NCBI GenBank assembly: GCA_046347035.1
Contig: JAXMGY010000004.1
Coordinates: 16,262 to 80,261, forward strand
Origin: Gammaproteobacteria bacterium
Lineage (GTDB): Bacteria > Pseudomonadota > Gammaproteobacteria > JAJPIJ01
Direction of reading: 5' to 3'
Length of the DNA stretch: 64,000 nt
How positions within the stretch are numbered: the stretch's first letter is position 1; the number at the start of each line of letters is the position of its first letter. Under the pieces are notes generated by a model that saw nothing but the letters and a program-made list of their open reading frames with translations, searched no databases and was not told the origin of the DNA. Made by a program: the position numbers and the translations under genes. This document shows positions 1 to 9,627 of this stretch, piece by piece.

Positions 1-354
1 ACAATTGCCGTGCTGGTTGGATTCGTCGCCGGTCCAGCGCTGTTGCGCGTGCTCGGCATCTCAGAGCTGTATGTGAACCTGCTATACGTCGACTCGGTGG
101 CAGCCGGACTGCAAGTCGTTTTACTTGGCATCCTAAACGTGTACTTCTATCTAGATAAGCGCTTCGCCACCATCTGCCTGTGCGCGGGTTTTACCGTGCT
201 CAATGCCGCACTTACCCTGGTGAGCATTGCAATGGGACCGGTTTTTTATGGCTATGGCTTTGCCGTAGCCATGCTGTTGAGTGTGCTCATTGGCATGACC
301 ATACTCGACCGACGCCTGGATCGATTGGAATACGAAACTTTCATGCTGCGCTGA
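1..354 (+). CDS. C-terminal fragment of a polytopic membrane protein (gene begins upstream of the window)
   Basis: ORF 10..354 is almost entirely hydrophobic with several predicted TM helices and may simply continue from upstream of the window. No diagnostic motif was recognised. Confidence 0.3.
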   Translation, partial: TIAVLVGFVAGPALLRVLGISELYVNLLYVDSVAAGLQVVLLGILNVYFYLDKRFATICLCAGFTVLNAALTLVSIAMGPVFYGYGFAVAMLLSVLIGMTILDRRLDRLEYETFMLR

Positions 355-567
355 CCTCGCCTCATCCTTTCCGCTCCAGAGCCGAAGTTCTTCCAACTCC
401 TCCCGCGCCGGCGACCGATTTTCATCACCAACTTCTTTCCACGAATTCCAGATACCCCCGATTATCGGCATTTTTGATTGCCGTAATGCCGAACACCGCT
501 TTCACATGCATAATATGCGAAGGTTTGGAGTAACTATCCATCGACATGTTGTTCACGCCGGGGGGCA

Positions 568-2604
568 GTGGGCATGCACAAGTTCGAAGATCAGGAGGCG
601 AACTGGTCAACCGGCGAACCGCCCGATCCGCAGCGGTTAACCGAAAACCTGGCGGCATTACAGCATGCGCGAGATCTCAGCGACGAGCGCTATCTAAAAG
701 TACTGCGCGCCATTCCCGATGCAATTATCGTCAGCCGCGTCTCTGACGGTTTGATCCTGGAAACTAACGCCGCAGTTGAAAAAGTGCTGGGCTTCAATCC
801 GAGCGAGCTCGTCGGCCGAACGTCTCTGGACGCCGGCATCTGGTTCTCCGAGGAACAGCGCAATCAACTGCGAGAGCTCGTCAAGACTACCGGTTTTATT
901 CATGACCTTGAAGTTCCATTCCGCCGCCGTGACGGAACGCGACGCCTCGGACTGGTTCACTGCGAACTTGCAACCATCGCCGATGAACTCGTTTCCATCG
1001 GCGTTATCCGTGATATCACTGCAATACGCGAGGTTGAGCAGGCACTTCGCGATTCCGAGCAGCGGTTTGCGCAAATTTTCCGGTGCATTCCAGACGCGAT
1101 AGTCATCACTCACATGGCCGACTCAGCCATCCTAGACGTCAATGAAGCATTCGAGCAAGTTACCGGATGGTCGCGAACTGAAGTGATCGGTAAGCGTGCG
1201 ACTGATATTCTCTATGCCAATCCACGCGATCGCGAAGTTGGACTCGATCTCTTAAAACGCTTCGGCAACATAAGAAATTTCGAAAGCACGACTCGAAAGA
1301 AATCAGGCGAAGTTTTCTTCAATAACACGTCGGTCCAACTCTTTAATATCAAAGGTGAACCTTGCGTGGTCGCCGTCGTGCGCGACATCACCGAAAAGAA
1401 GCGTTCCGATGCCGCGTTGCTCGCTGAAAAGGAACGCGCCCAGCGCTACCTCGACATCGCCGGTTCATTCATTGTCGCGCTTGATGCAAATGGATGTGTG
1501 CAGTTACTCAATCGCCGAGGGCGCGAGATGCTCGGCTACTCAGAAGGAACCTTGAAGGGAATGAACTGGTTCGAGACCGTCGTTTCACCCCTACAACGAG
1601 TCAGTGCGAAGAACGACTTCCTGGCGCTCATGGCGGGTTCGACCGACCAATTGCTCGATCAAGACCTTGAAATCGTGACCCACAGAGGTGAGCTGCGCCA
1701 GATCGTTTGGAACGTCGCACTCATGCGTGACGACCAGGGAAAGGTTACAGGTTCGCTCTGCAGCGGCATTGACGTGACCACGCAAAAACGTATCGCAAAT
1801 GAATTAGCACACTATCGGGATCACCTAGAAGACCTTGTCCGTGCACGCACTGAAGAGCTCGCAAGAGCAAATGAAGAATTGCGCATCGCGAAGGAGCAGG
1901 CCGAATCAGCGGATCGACTCAAATCAACGTTTCTTGCCACGATGTCGCATGAACTGCGTACGCCACTAAATTCCATTCTAGGATTCAGCGGCATCATGCA
2001 TCAAGGGCTGGCAGGGCCGCTCAACGACGAGCAGAAAAAGCATCTGGCCACGGTAATCAGTAGTGGCAAACACCTGCTTGCGCTTATCAGCGACATTCTG
2101 GATATTTCAAAGATTGAATCCGGACAACTCGAATACAACTTTGATGCATTTCCTTTTTCCGCGACGGTTGAGAAAACCGTACAGATGGTTCGCCCCGATT
2201 TGGAAAGCAAGGGTTTGCAATTGAAGGTTTCCGTTGCCCGGGAAGTGGGTGAAATTGTCAGCGACCAGCGCCGCGTTGAACAGGTATTGCTCAATTTACT
2301 GAACAATTCGGTGAAGTTCACTGAGGAAGGCGAAATTAATTTGACTTGCGACGTCGAAGGTCAATGGTTAAGAGTACGCGTGCGCGACACGGGAATCGGC
2401 ATCAAACCCGAGGATGTTGCCGAACTTTTTCAACCCTTCCGCCAAGTCGATGGCAGCCTTGCGCGCCGTTATGAAGGATCAGGACTGGGACTGGCAATCT
2501 GCAAGCATCTTGTCAATGGTCTTGGCGGAGACATATCTGTTAGCAGTGAGTTTGGCGTGGGCAGTACGTTTACCGTTACGTTGCCCCTCGCCGCAAAGGC
2601 TTGA
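568..2604 (+). CDS. multi-PAS sensor histidine kinase (no receiver domain)
   Basis: 678-aa ORF with repeated PAS/PAC-like segments, a coiled-coil, an H-box (SHELRTPLNSILGF) and HATPase_c motifs (DTGIGI, GSGLGLAI). No cognate response regulator is adjacent. Confidence 0.9.
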   Translation: MGMHKFEDQEANWSTGEPPDPQRLTENLAALQHARDLSDERYLKVLRAIPDAIIVSRVSDGLILETNAAVEKVLGFNPSELVGRTSLDAGIWFSEEQRNQLRELVKTTGFIHDLEVPFRRRDGTRRLGLVHCELATIADELVSIGVIRDITAIREVEQALRDSEQRFAQIFRCIPDAIVITHMADSAILDVNEAFEQVTGWSRTEVIGKRATDILYANPRDREVGLDLLKRFGNIRNFESTTRKKSGEVFFNNTSVQLFNIKGEPCVVAVVRDITEKKRSDAALLAEKERAQRYLDIAGSFIVALDANGCVQLLNRRGREMLGYSEGTLKGMNWFETVVSPLQRVSAKNDFLALMAGSTDQLLDQDLEIVTHRGELRQIVWNVALMRDDQGKVTGSLCSGIDVTTQKRIANELAHYRDHLEDLVRARTEELARANEELRIAKEQAESADRLKSTFLATMSHELRTPLNSILGFSGIMHQGLAGPLNDEQKKHLATVISSGKHLLALISDILDISKIESGQLEYNFDAFPFSATVEKTVQMVRPDLESKGLQLKVSVAREVGEIVSDQRRVEQVLLNLLNNSVKFTEEGEINLTCDVEGQWLRVRVRDTGIGIKPEDVAELFQPFRQVDGSLARRYEGSGLGLAICKHLVNGLGGDISVSSEFGVGSTFTVTLPLAAKA

Positions 2605-2902
2605 GAATATCGCAGTCTTTATCCAACTGCCCCTCTTTCGGAAGTTACAAGACCTGTTTGACCCTGAATCTTCATGTTATCCAGAATCACCGTTAGCTCT
2701 TCACTATAGTGCCGACAATCCTTGAGCCGCATCATTCACAGAGGATCGGGATGCACCTCTCCATCCCTGAAGTTGATAAGCCGGTACGGATGCCACAAGT
2801 CTTCGTGAAACTTGTGAGCGAAACGGGACTGCGTGCCGCCGCAGCACAGGAACACGCGTTTACATGCTAGAAGTTATGTCAATATTCCACGCGCGACGCG
2901 TT

Positions 2903-3286
2903 CTAGTCAGTTTGAAGAATTGCGTAGGCTTCTATCTCCACGCGTTGCCACGGCCTTAGTGCAGAAACCATCTGGATTAACGTACTGGCAGGGCGGATTT
3001 CGCCGAAATATTCGCAGTGTGCCTTGGCGACCAAGTCAGCGTCGCTGATGTCCTTCACATACACCACCGTGCGCACAACATCGCTAAAAGTCGCGCCGGC
3101 TTCACTAAGCGCACGTCCAATGATGTCAAGTGCAGCACGTGCTTGCATATATGCGTCGCTATTTTCATGACCGGGCGGCGCACAAGTGCCTGATACATGC
3201 ACGTGGCTTCCAATACGCACCGCGCGTGAGTAGCCAAAGATGGACTCGTATGCACCACCCGAGGATATATTTCTGCGAGAACTCAT
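2903..3286 (-). CDS. ridA: RidA/YjgF/TdcF-family reactive-intermediate (enamine/imine) deaminase
   Basis: 127-aa ORF with typical RidA length and a conserved core (GPYS-like N-terminus, ...VVRTVVYVKD...IEAYA). Confidence 0.8.
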   Translation of the reverse strand: MSSRRNISSGGAYESIFGYSRAVRIGSHVHVSGTCAPPGHENSDAYMQARAALDIIGRALSEAGATFSDVVRTVVYVKDISDADLVAKAHCEYFGEIRPASTLIQMVSALRPWQRVEIEAYAILQTD

Positions 3287-3544
3287 TATTGGATCTCCTG
3301 CTGCACGAATGTTTCGAAGTTACGTCATCACATGAGAAAAACACCGCTTCCAACATCCTCCACGGAAATGGAAACGGCGCAAGGAGCTCCGCTTGTGAGC
3401 TCTGGCCAGGAGGACGTCAATTTACAAAGTTGGAACCCACCAATATTGGCGTGCGCCTCATCTTGCGTTCCGGCAGTACCCGAAATCCTCATTTACTAGT
3501 AAAGAACCTGGCTTCGTTCGCTAATCCTAAGTTGAGTTCTAGCT

Positions 3545-4936
3545 TCACGTCGCCACCAGACCGGGAATCCAGCTCGTGCCCGCCAACGGCACTCCCGCCA
3601 TGGCAGACGCTTCAATGGTCAATCCGACCAGATCCTCAGGCTCAAGATGATGAACGTCGGATTTACCGCATGCGCGCGCCAATGTCGTGAGTTCCATGTT
3701 CATTGTCTGAAAGTAACTCTTGAGGTGGCGTGCACCGACTTCAGGTTGCACTCGCTCCTGCAGTTCCGGATCCTGTGTCGTGATACCCACAGGACATCTG
3801 CCAGTGTGGCAGTGATGACAAGATCCAGGCGCCGTGCCAAGCCGACGGTAATCATCCACCGCAGATATGCGGTGATTGTCATGAAGGTAATAAGAACTGT
3901 TGCAACCGAGCGCGACCAACGCTCCCATGCCAATCGACACCGCGTCGGCCCCTAACGCAAGTGCCTTGGCAACGTCTGCACCACTGCGAATACCACCCGA
4001 TACGATAAGCTGCACAACGCCCACCATATCCATTTCCTCCAGCGCCTCTCGCGCCTGCCGGACCGCAGCGATGGTTGGAATTCCCGTGTGCTCGATGAAT
4101 ACCTGCTGTGTCGCGGCTGTACCCCCTTGCATACCGTCCAACACCACAACGTCAGCGCCCGCTTTTATTGCCAACATGACGTCGTTCTTGACACGTGTGG
4201 CGCCAATCTTTACGTACACCGGCACCCGCCATTCGGTAATTTCCCGCAGCTCCTCAATCTTTATCGCCAGATCATCAGCCCCAGTCCAATCCGGATGTCG
4301 GCACGCGGATCGTTGGTCTACACCCACCGGCAGCGTGCGCATCTTTGCAACGCGCTCTGTGATCTTCTGACCAAGCAACATACCGCCTCCACCTGGCTTG
4401 GCACCCTGACCGAGCACAATCTCGATCGCGTCAGCCTTACGTAAATCTGTTGGATTGAATCCGTATCGCGACGGCAATACCTGGTAGACCAGCGTCTTTG
4501 ACGACTCTCGCTCCTCAGGCGTCATGCCGCCATCGCCAGTAGTCGTCGTCGTACCTAACATGGATGCAGCACGACCGAGGGCTTCTTTTATGTTTGCGGA
4601 CAACGCGCCAAAACTCATGCCCGCAAAAGTGATGGGGATCGCGAGCTCAATTGGCTTCTGGGCGAAACGCGTACCCAACAGGGTTTTTGTCGTGCACTTC
4701 TCTCGATAACCCTCTAATGGATAACGCGAGGCGGACGCCGTCAGAAATGTCAGATCATCGAACGTTGGCAGCTTGCGCTTAGCCCCCATTCCGCGAATGT
4801 CGTAGACACCACGGCGCGCAGCCAATTGTATGTAGCGAAGCGTATCTGGACTGAACGTGTAGTTGCTCTCCAGAGAAAAGTCCTCGGGGAACATGCCCGT
4901 TTCAGGCATAGCGGTCTCGGGTTTGTTCATGCTCAA
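3545..4936 (-). CDS. glutamate-synthase-like FMN/Fe-S domain protein (N-methylglutamate synthase subunit C-like)
   Basis: 463 aa resembling the FMN-binding domain of the GltB large subunit (FwdC/GltB domain 2). Its start overlaps the upstream gene by 4 nt; third gene after the two upstream split-GltB genes on the same strand. Confidence 0.8.
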   Translation of the reverse strand: MSMNKPETAMPETGMFPEDFSLESNYTFSPDTLRYIQLAARRGVYDIRGMGAKRKLPTFDDLTFLTASASRYPLEGYREKCTTKTLLGTRFAQKPIELAIPITFAGMSFGALSANIKEALGRAASMLGTTTTTGDGGMTPEERESSKTLVYQVLPSRYGFNPTDLRKADAIEIVLGQGAKPGGGGMLLGQKITERVAKMRTLPVGVDQRSACRHPDWTGADDLAIKIEELREITEWRVPVYVKIGATRVKNDVMLAIKAGADVVVLDGMQGGTAATQQVFIEHTGIPTIAAVRQAREALEEMDMVGVVQLIVSGGIRSGADVAKALALGADAVSIGMGALVALGCNSSYYLHDNHRISAVDDYRRLGTAPGSCHHCHTGRCPVGITTQDPELQERVQPEVGARHLKSYFQTMNMELTTLARACGKSDVHHLEPEDLVGLTIEASAMAGVPLAGTSWIPGLVAT

Positions 4937-5685
4937 TACTCCTGATTACCGTCTGGATTCCAGTGATACAGGGTGCGTGCAGAAGCAACGCGCTTGAACT
5001 CTTTTGGATCGTGCGAAATTCCGGCACGCGACAATAACTCAGCAACTGCGCCGTAATCGGCTTCTGACATCGGTTCCTCGCGAGCATCTGCGCCAAACCC
5101 TTCGATACGACCCCTAACGTATATCACTGCCTCGTACAGCGAATCGCCAAGACCAGGGCCCGCATCGCCGCAAACAACTAGACGCCCTGCCTGAGCCATG
5201 AACGCTGACATGTGGCCAACACTTCCACCGACGACGATGTCCACTCCTTTCATCGAAATTCCGCAGCGGGAACCTGCATCACCCTCCACTATCACCAGCC
5301 CACCATGTCCTGACGCGCCTACCGACTCTGAGGCATAGCCTTTTACGCGCACGGTGCCAGACATGATGTTCTCCGCGAGACTGCGGCCCACGTTACCGTG
5401 CACCGTGACGTGTGCGAGTACGTTCTGGCCTGCGACGAAATAGCCAGCATGTCCTTGAATATCGATTTGTATAGGAGCGTCAACACCCACGCAGATGTTG
5501 TGTGCGCCCTCCGGATTCTCAACCACAACGCGCTTTACACCGTGCGCCAGAAGATCGCCGTGCAGCATGCAATTAAGCTCGCGAACGGTACCTACCGCGA
5601 GGTCATACACGATTGATTCAGCATTGCGTCGAACTGCCGAAGACTGTCCGGGCTTGAGTTCGACAACAGACATTAGATTTTCCAT
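4933..5685 (-). CDS. GXGXG-motif protein (GltB C-terminal-domain-like; N-methylglutamate synthase subunit B-like)
   Basis: 250-aa ORF with glycine-rich repeats (GDAGPGLGDS, GISMKGVDIVVGGSVGHM...) as in the glutamate synthase alpha-subunit C-terminal domain. It sits between the GATase and FMN-domain genes. Confidence 0.8.
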   Translation of the reverse strand: MENLMSVVELKPGQSSAVRRNAESIVYDLAVGTVRELNCMLHGDLLAHGVKRVVVENPEGAHNICVGVDAPIQIDIQGHAGYFVAGQNVLAHVTVHGNVGRSLAENIMSGTVRVKGYASESVGASGHGGLVIVEGDAGSRCGISMKGVDIVVGGSVGHMSAFMAQAGRLVVCGDAGPGLGDSLYEAVIYVRGRIEGFGADAREEPMSEADYGAVAELLSRAGISHDPKEFKRVASARTLYHWNPDGNQEY

Positions 5686-6572
5686 ACGTATACCAACTCC
5701 GGTTTTGGCTCAAAGATGTCTGCTTGGTTGATGTGAGGCAGATGTTTCAGCGATCGAAATTCAGATGCGATTGCCACATATTCATCCGTTTCAGCAACCA
5801 CTGCGGGTTTGCACGCAAAAGGATCGCGGACCAACGCCATGCTCTTGCCGTCACCCATCAACAATGTGTAGAAGCCATCCAGCTCCTGCAGCCCGAAATT
5901 GACAGCGGCTTCCAAATCATCACCTTCAGCAAGACGCCACTGAATAAAACGAGCCGCTGACTCGGTATCGTTGTTACTATCGAAGCGGATACCGTGGCGT
6001 TCAATGCGCTTGCGCACACTATTGGGATTTGAAAGCGATCCGTTGTGCACAATGCAGAAATCTGGACCAGCCACAAACGGGTGTGCATGCAAAGGAGTGA
6101 TCTCGGATTCTGTCGCCATGCGCGTATGCCCGATGGCGTGCGTACCGGTTCGTTCCGCCAATCGATAACGACTGGCGACTTCTGCCGGTAAACCCACGTC
6201 CTTGTATATGTCCATCTGGTGGCCAGTTGCGAGCACGTTGAGTTCAGGAAATTCCGCCGCCAAACAAACAAGCACAGGCGCCGGGTCGCCGGTCACGTCT
6301 ATGATGGCATGACGTTTATCGGGAAATATGGACGTCTTGCCCCCAATACGTTTGGTCGTCAGCGTCGAAGCTACCGGCGCCCAATCATAGTCATCACCGG
6401 GAGCCAACACATTCACACGCCATGCCGCCCGATTTTCTGACTGATTGAAAATCGCAAACCCTGCCGAATCGGGCCCGCGTTGTGTCATACCTTCCAACAT
6501 TGGTTGCATGAGCGCACCCAATTGTCCTGACAGTGCAGGCGTCTTCGCCAGTAGTCCGACCAATCCGCACAT
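5673..6572 (-). CDS. class-II glutamine amidotransferase domain protein (GltB N-terminal-domain-like; mgsA-like)
   Basis: The ORF track gives 5673..6650, but the true start is likely the internal MCGLVGLL at 6572, exposing the Cys nucleophile of class-II GATases. The Ntn-hydrolase fold is recognisable. Confidence 0.8.
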   Translation of the reverse strand: MCGLVGLLAKTPALSGQLGALMQPMLEGMTQRGPDSAGFAIFNQSENRAAWRVNVLAPGDDYDWAPVASTLTTKRIGGKTSIFPDKRHAIIDVTGDPAPVLVCLAAEFPELNVLATGHQMDIYKDVGLPAEVASRYRLAERTGTHAIGHTRMATESEITPLHAHPFVAGPDFCIVHNGSLSNPNSVRKRIERHGIRFDSNNDTESAARFIQWRLAEGDDLEAAVNFGLQELDGFYTLLMGDGKSMALVRDPFACKPAVVAETDEYVAIASEFRSLKHLPHINQADIFEPKPELVYVWKI

Positions 6573-6586
6573 TTGATATTCCTCGC

Positions 6587-8015
6587 TTAGAAAAATTGCA
6601 GGTACTGACTGACTTCCCATTCGGAAACGTGGCGGTGGTACTCCACCCACTCCATGCGCTTCAGCGCGATAAACTCCTCAATAAACCCCCGACCGAGTTG
6701 CTCTGCAAACAGGGAGTCATTCTCAAGTGCCACCAGTGCTTCGCTTAACGACTGCGGTAGAAGACCGATTCCTTCCTTGCGCAAGTCTTCGAGCGAATAC
6801 TTATAGAAATTCGCGTTGCGGGGTGAACCTGGATCGAGCTTTCGCGCCACGCCGTCGAGGCCCGCGGCAATCATCGCCGCCGCGCCAAGGTATGGGTTCA
6901 TCGAATCACCTAGCCGAAGCTCGAGACGTCCATATGGTACGCGCACCATCGATGTCCGGTTGTTGTCGCCATAGCATACGTAGGCTGGTGCCCAGGTCGC
7001 TCCGGACAGCGTGCGTCCCACAACAAGTCGCTTGTAGGAATTGACGGTAGGCGCCAACAGCGCCGCCAGCGCGCTTGCATGCTGAAGCAGGCCGCCGCAG
7101 AAATGATAGGCCAGTTCGCTCAAACCCAGTCCGTTGCGATCCTTATCATCCTGGAACAGATTTCGTCCTGAGGAATCTGCTATAGAAAGATGCATATGCA
7201 TTCCGTTGCCGGTGGCATGCGACATGGGTTTGGGCATGAAGGTGCAGATAATCCCCATATCGTTGGCAATTTCATTGGCAGCCATCTTCACAAACGTCAT
7301 GTGATCAGCCGATGTCACTGCATCCGCGTAGCGATAGTTGATTTCGAACTGACCATTGGCATCCTCGTGGTCGATCTGGTACACGTCCAGTCCGACCGCG
7401 CGCAATGTTTCCGACAAACGCTCCAAGAACCCGCGGCTGCGGTTGAGCCCTTTGTAGTCATATGCGCTTTCGGTTTGCTTATCCGTATCGTCGACCGGAC
7501 GCAGACACGTCCATCCGTTCCGTACTTGAGCAACATGAACTCCGGCTCCAACCTGTGTTCATCGTCCAGCCCTTCTCAGCCAAACGCGCGACCTGCTGAA
7601 GAAGAATGTTGCGTGTATCGAATGAATAGGGCTTACCGCGTACATGGCCACGGCAAACGATGCGCGCATATCCGGGCATCCATGGCAAAAGCATGAGCGT
7701 GCTGAGATCGCCAACCGCCATGAAATCCGGATCGTGCGGCTCCATCGCCATGCCCCACACGGCAAATCCAGCGAATCCGGCACCATCGGTCAACACCATG
7801 TCGAGATGTTCCGCTGGGACAGCTTTGGTCTTCGGTACTCCGTGAATATCGACGAACTGCGCTAACACGTAGTGCACATCATGTTTGGCAAGAAACGCTT
7901 TTGCGTCGCTCGCGGACATTGCCTTTGGCGCAGCCAGTTCGCCATAGGTGCTGCAGCGATTCGTACGCGCCATCACTTGTTCATTCATCTCTCCCCCTAC
8001 TTCGCCATGTCTCAA
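6587..8015 (-). pseudogene. glutamine-synthetase-like gamma-glutamyl-alkylamide synthetase (GmaS/PuuA-like), disrupted by two frameshifts near 7516 and 7553
   Basis: GS N-terminal beta-grasp (ORF 7479..8015), the middle [14 protein letters not shown] segment (ORF 7315..7551) and the GS catalytic C-terminus (ORF 6587..7426) lie in three different frames. Hand translation across the junctions gives a continuous GS sequence. Confidence 0.75.
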
Positions 8016-8154
8016 CTTTTGAGAGTTTCGTTTTGCTTTTTACTTTTCTACAATATCTTTGCATTTTATGCAATCTTTTTGCAACCATGTTCCGAATTCG
8101 ACACTTCGGAAAGCACAAATCGATTACCCCAGCCGACTGACCAAACGCTTCCGG

Positions 8155-9498
8155 CTACGGCCCCAGCGCGTCGCGCAGCCTGTACCACGTCTCCACTACA
8201 GGCACCGCAAACGGCGTGAAGAAATGGAACGGATGTGAGCGGAACTCAAGATCATCAAAGGCGGTCCGCCCTTCGGGGTCACCCATGATCTTCAATGCGA
8301 CTTTGTGACCAAAATACGTAGCGCGCGATACGCCCGTACCGCAGTAACCCGTCGCATAGTGAATGCCATCATGACAGCCAATATGAGGCATGGTGTCATG
8401 TGTATACGCAATATTTCCGCTCCAGCAATGGGTGATCTTCGCGTCCGCCAGTTCCGGAAATACCGCCAACATGTCTTTGCGCAGGTGCGCGTAGGCATGC
8501 ACTGAATCCTGTGCGACCAGTCTGCCGACGCGTCCGCCCCATAGCAAACGACGGCCATCGGGCGAAGGTCTGAAGTAGTGGAATACACGCGCAGTATTGC
8601 CGTACACACGCCCCTTGGGCATCAAGCGAACCATCGTAGCTGTAGGAAGCTCTTCCGTTGCGATGATCGCAGAGCCGATTGGAATTACGCGATTTCGCAC
8701 CCAAGGCAGTGCCTTGGTCGTATATCCGTTGGTCGCAATCACCACGTCTCGCGCATGAATCGCACCGTGTCTGGTGTGAACAGTTGCGCCATTTCGTTCT
8801 CGTACAATACTCTCGACCGGCGTAAGCGGGAGAAGTACTGCTCCACTCTTCCGCACGCGCTCGACAAGACCTCGAAGATACAACCCTGGATGGAGCGCCG
8901 CGTCGTTGGGTAGGACCGATCCACCGAAGTAGCGCTCCGAACCAATTTCGCTTGACTGCTCCGATCGTGGAACCATGAAGAACTCCACATTCGCGAATCG
9001 CTTGAGATCCTCCATGCCACGTGCCATTGATTCGTAGTGCGCAGGATGCATGCAACCGCGAAAACGTCCCACCTTGCGGTATTCGCACGCGATTCCTTCC
9101 CGCGCGATCAGCTCTTCGATGAATCGCAGCATGGCAGTGCCTTCGTTCACCAGCTCGCGCGCCTTCGCCTCGCCATACAATTCGATGAGCTGGCGCACCG
9201 TGAACTTCTGATTCCCACTACCGACCTGCCCCCCATTGCGCGAGCTCGCGCCATATCCCAGCGCTTGCGCCTCCAACACCGCTACGTTGCGCCCGGCGCG
9301 CGCCAACGTAAGTGCCGCGGACAGTCCCGTGTATCCGGATCCGACCACCGCAACATCAACCGTGCGCGGGATCGAAGTCGGTGCATCCGTATATGGCGGA
9401 GCCGCCTCCCACCACCAAGGGGCAAATGTAAGTGGTTTCAGGAACATCAAATTCCTCCGATTTGTGCGGTTGCACCAGACAGAAGCATGGGCGCTCAT
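8155..9498 (-). CDS. FAD-dependent oxidoreductase, DAO family (PuuB/OrdL-like gamma-glutamyl-amine oxidase candidate)
   Basis: 447 aa with an N-terminal dinucleotide-binding motif VAVVGSGYTGLSAALTLARAG. Length and family match gamma-glutamylputrescine-oxidase-type enzymes. Confidence 0.8.
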   Translation of the reverse strand: MSAHASVWCNRTNRRNLMFLKPLTFAPWWWEAAPPYTDAPTSIPRTVDVAVVGSGYTGLSAALTLARAGRNVAVLEAQALGYGASSRNGGQVGSGNQKFTVRQLIELYGEAKARELVNEGTAMLRFIEELIAREGIACEYRKVGRFRGCMHPAHYESMARGMEDLKRFANVEFFMVPRSEQSSEIGSERYFGGSVLPNDAALHPGLYLRGLVERVRKSGAVLLPLTPVESIVRERNGATVHTRHGAIHARDVVIATNGYTTKALPWVRNRVIPIGSAIIATEELPTATMVRLMPKGRVYGNTARVFHYFRPSPDGRRLLWGGRVGRLVAQDSVHAYAHLRKDMLAVFPELADAKITHCWSGNIAYTHDTMPHIGCHDGIHYATGYCGTGVSRATYFGHKVALKIMGDPEGRTAFDDLEFRSHPFHFFTPFAVPVVETWYRLRDALGP

Positions 9499-9627
9499 TG
9501 ATGATGCGTTATCTGCAAGTCTATTGCATTATTTGCAAACTGTCTCTACTCTGCACTTTCGGACTTTCCGGATACTATATTCGGAAGGGTACTTCACAAT
9601 GCATCCGCAACCACAACACCAAGAATT

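Noticed and set aside
8396-9088. 230-aa minus-strand ORF overlapping the FAD oxidase
   Set aside because: It is an alternative frame of the same strand within a gene whose main frame has a clear FAD-binding motif. Arg/Cys-rich junk composition.
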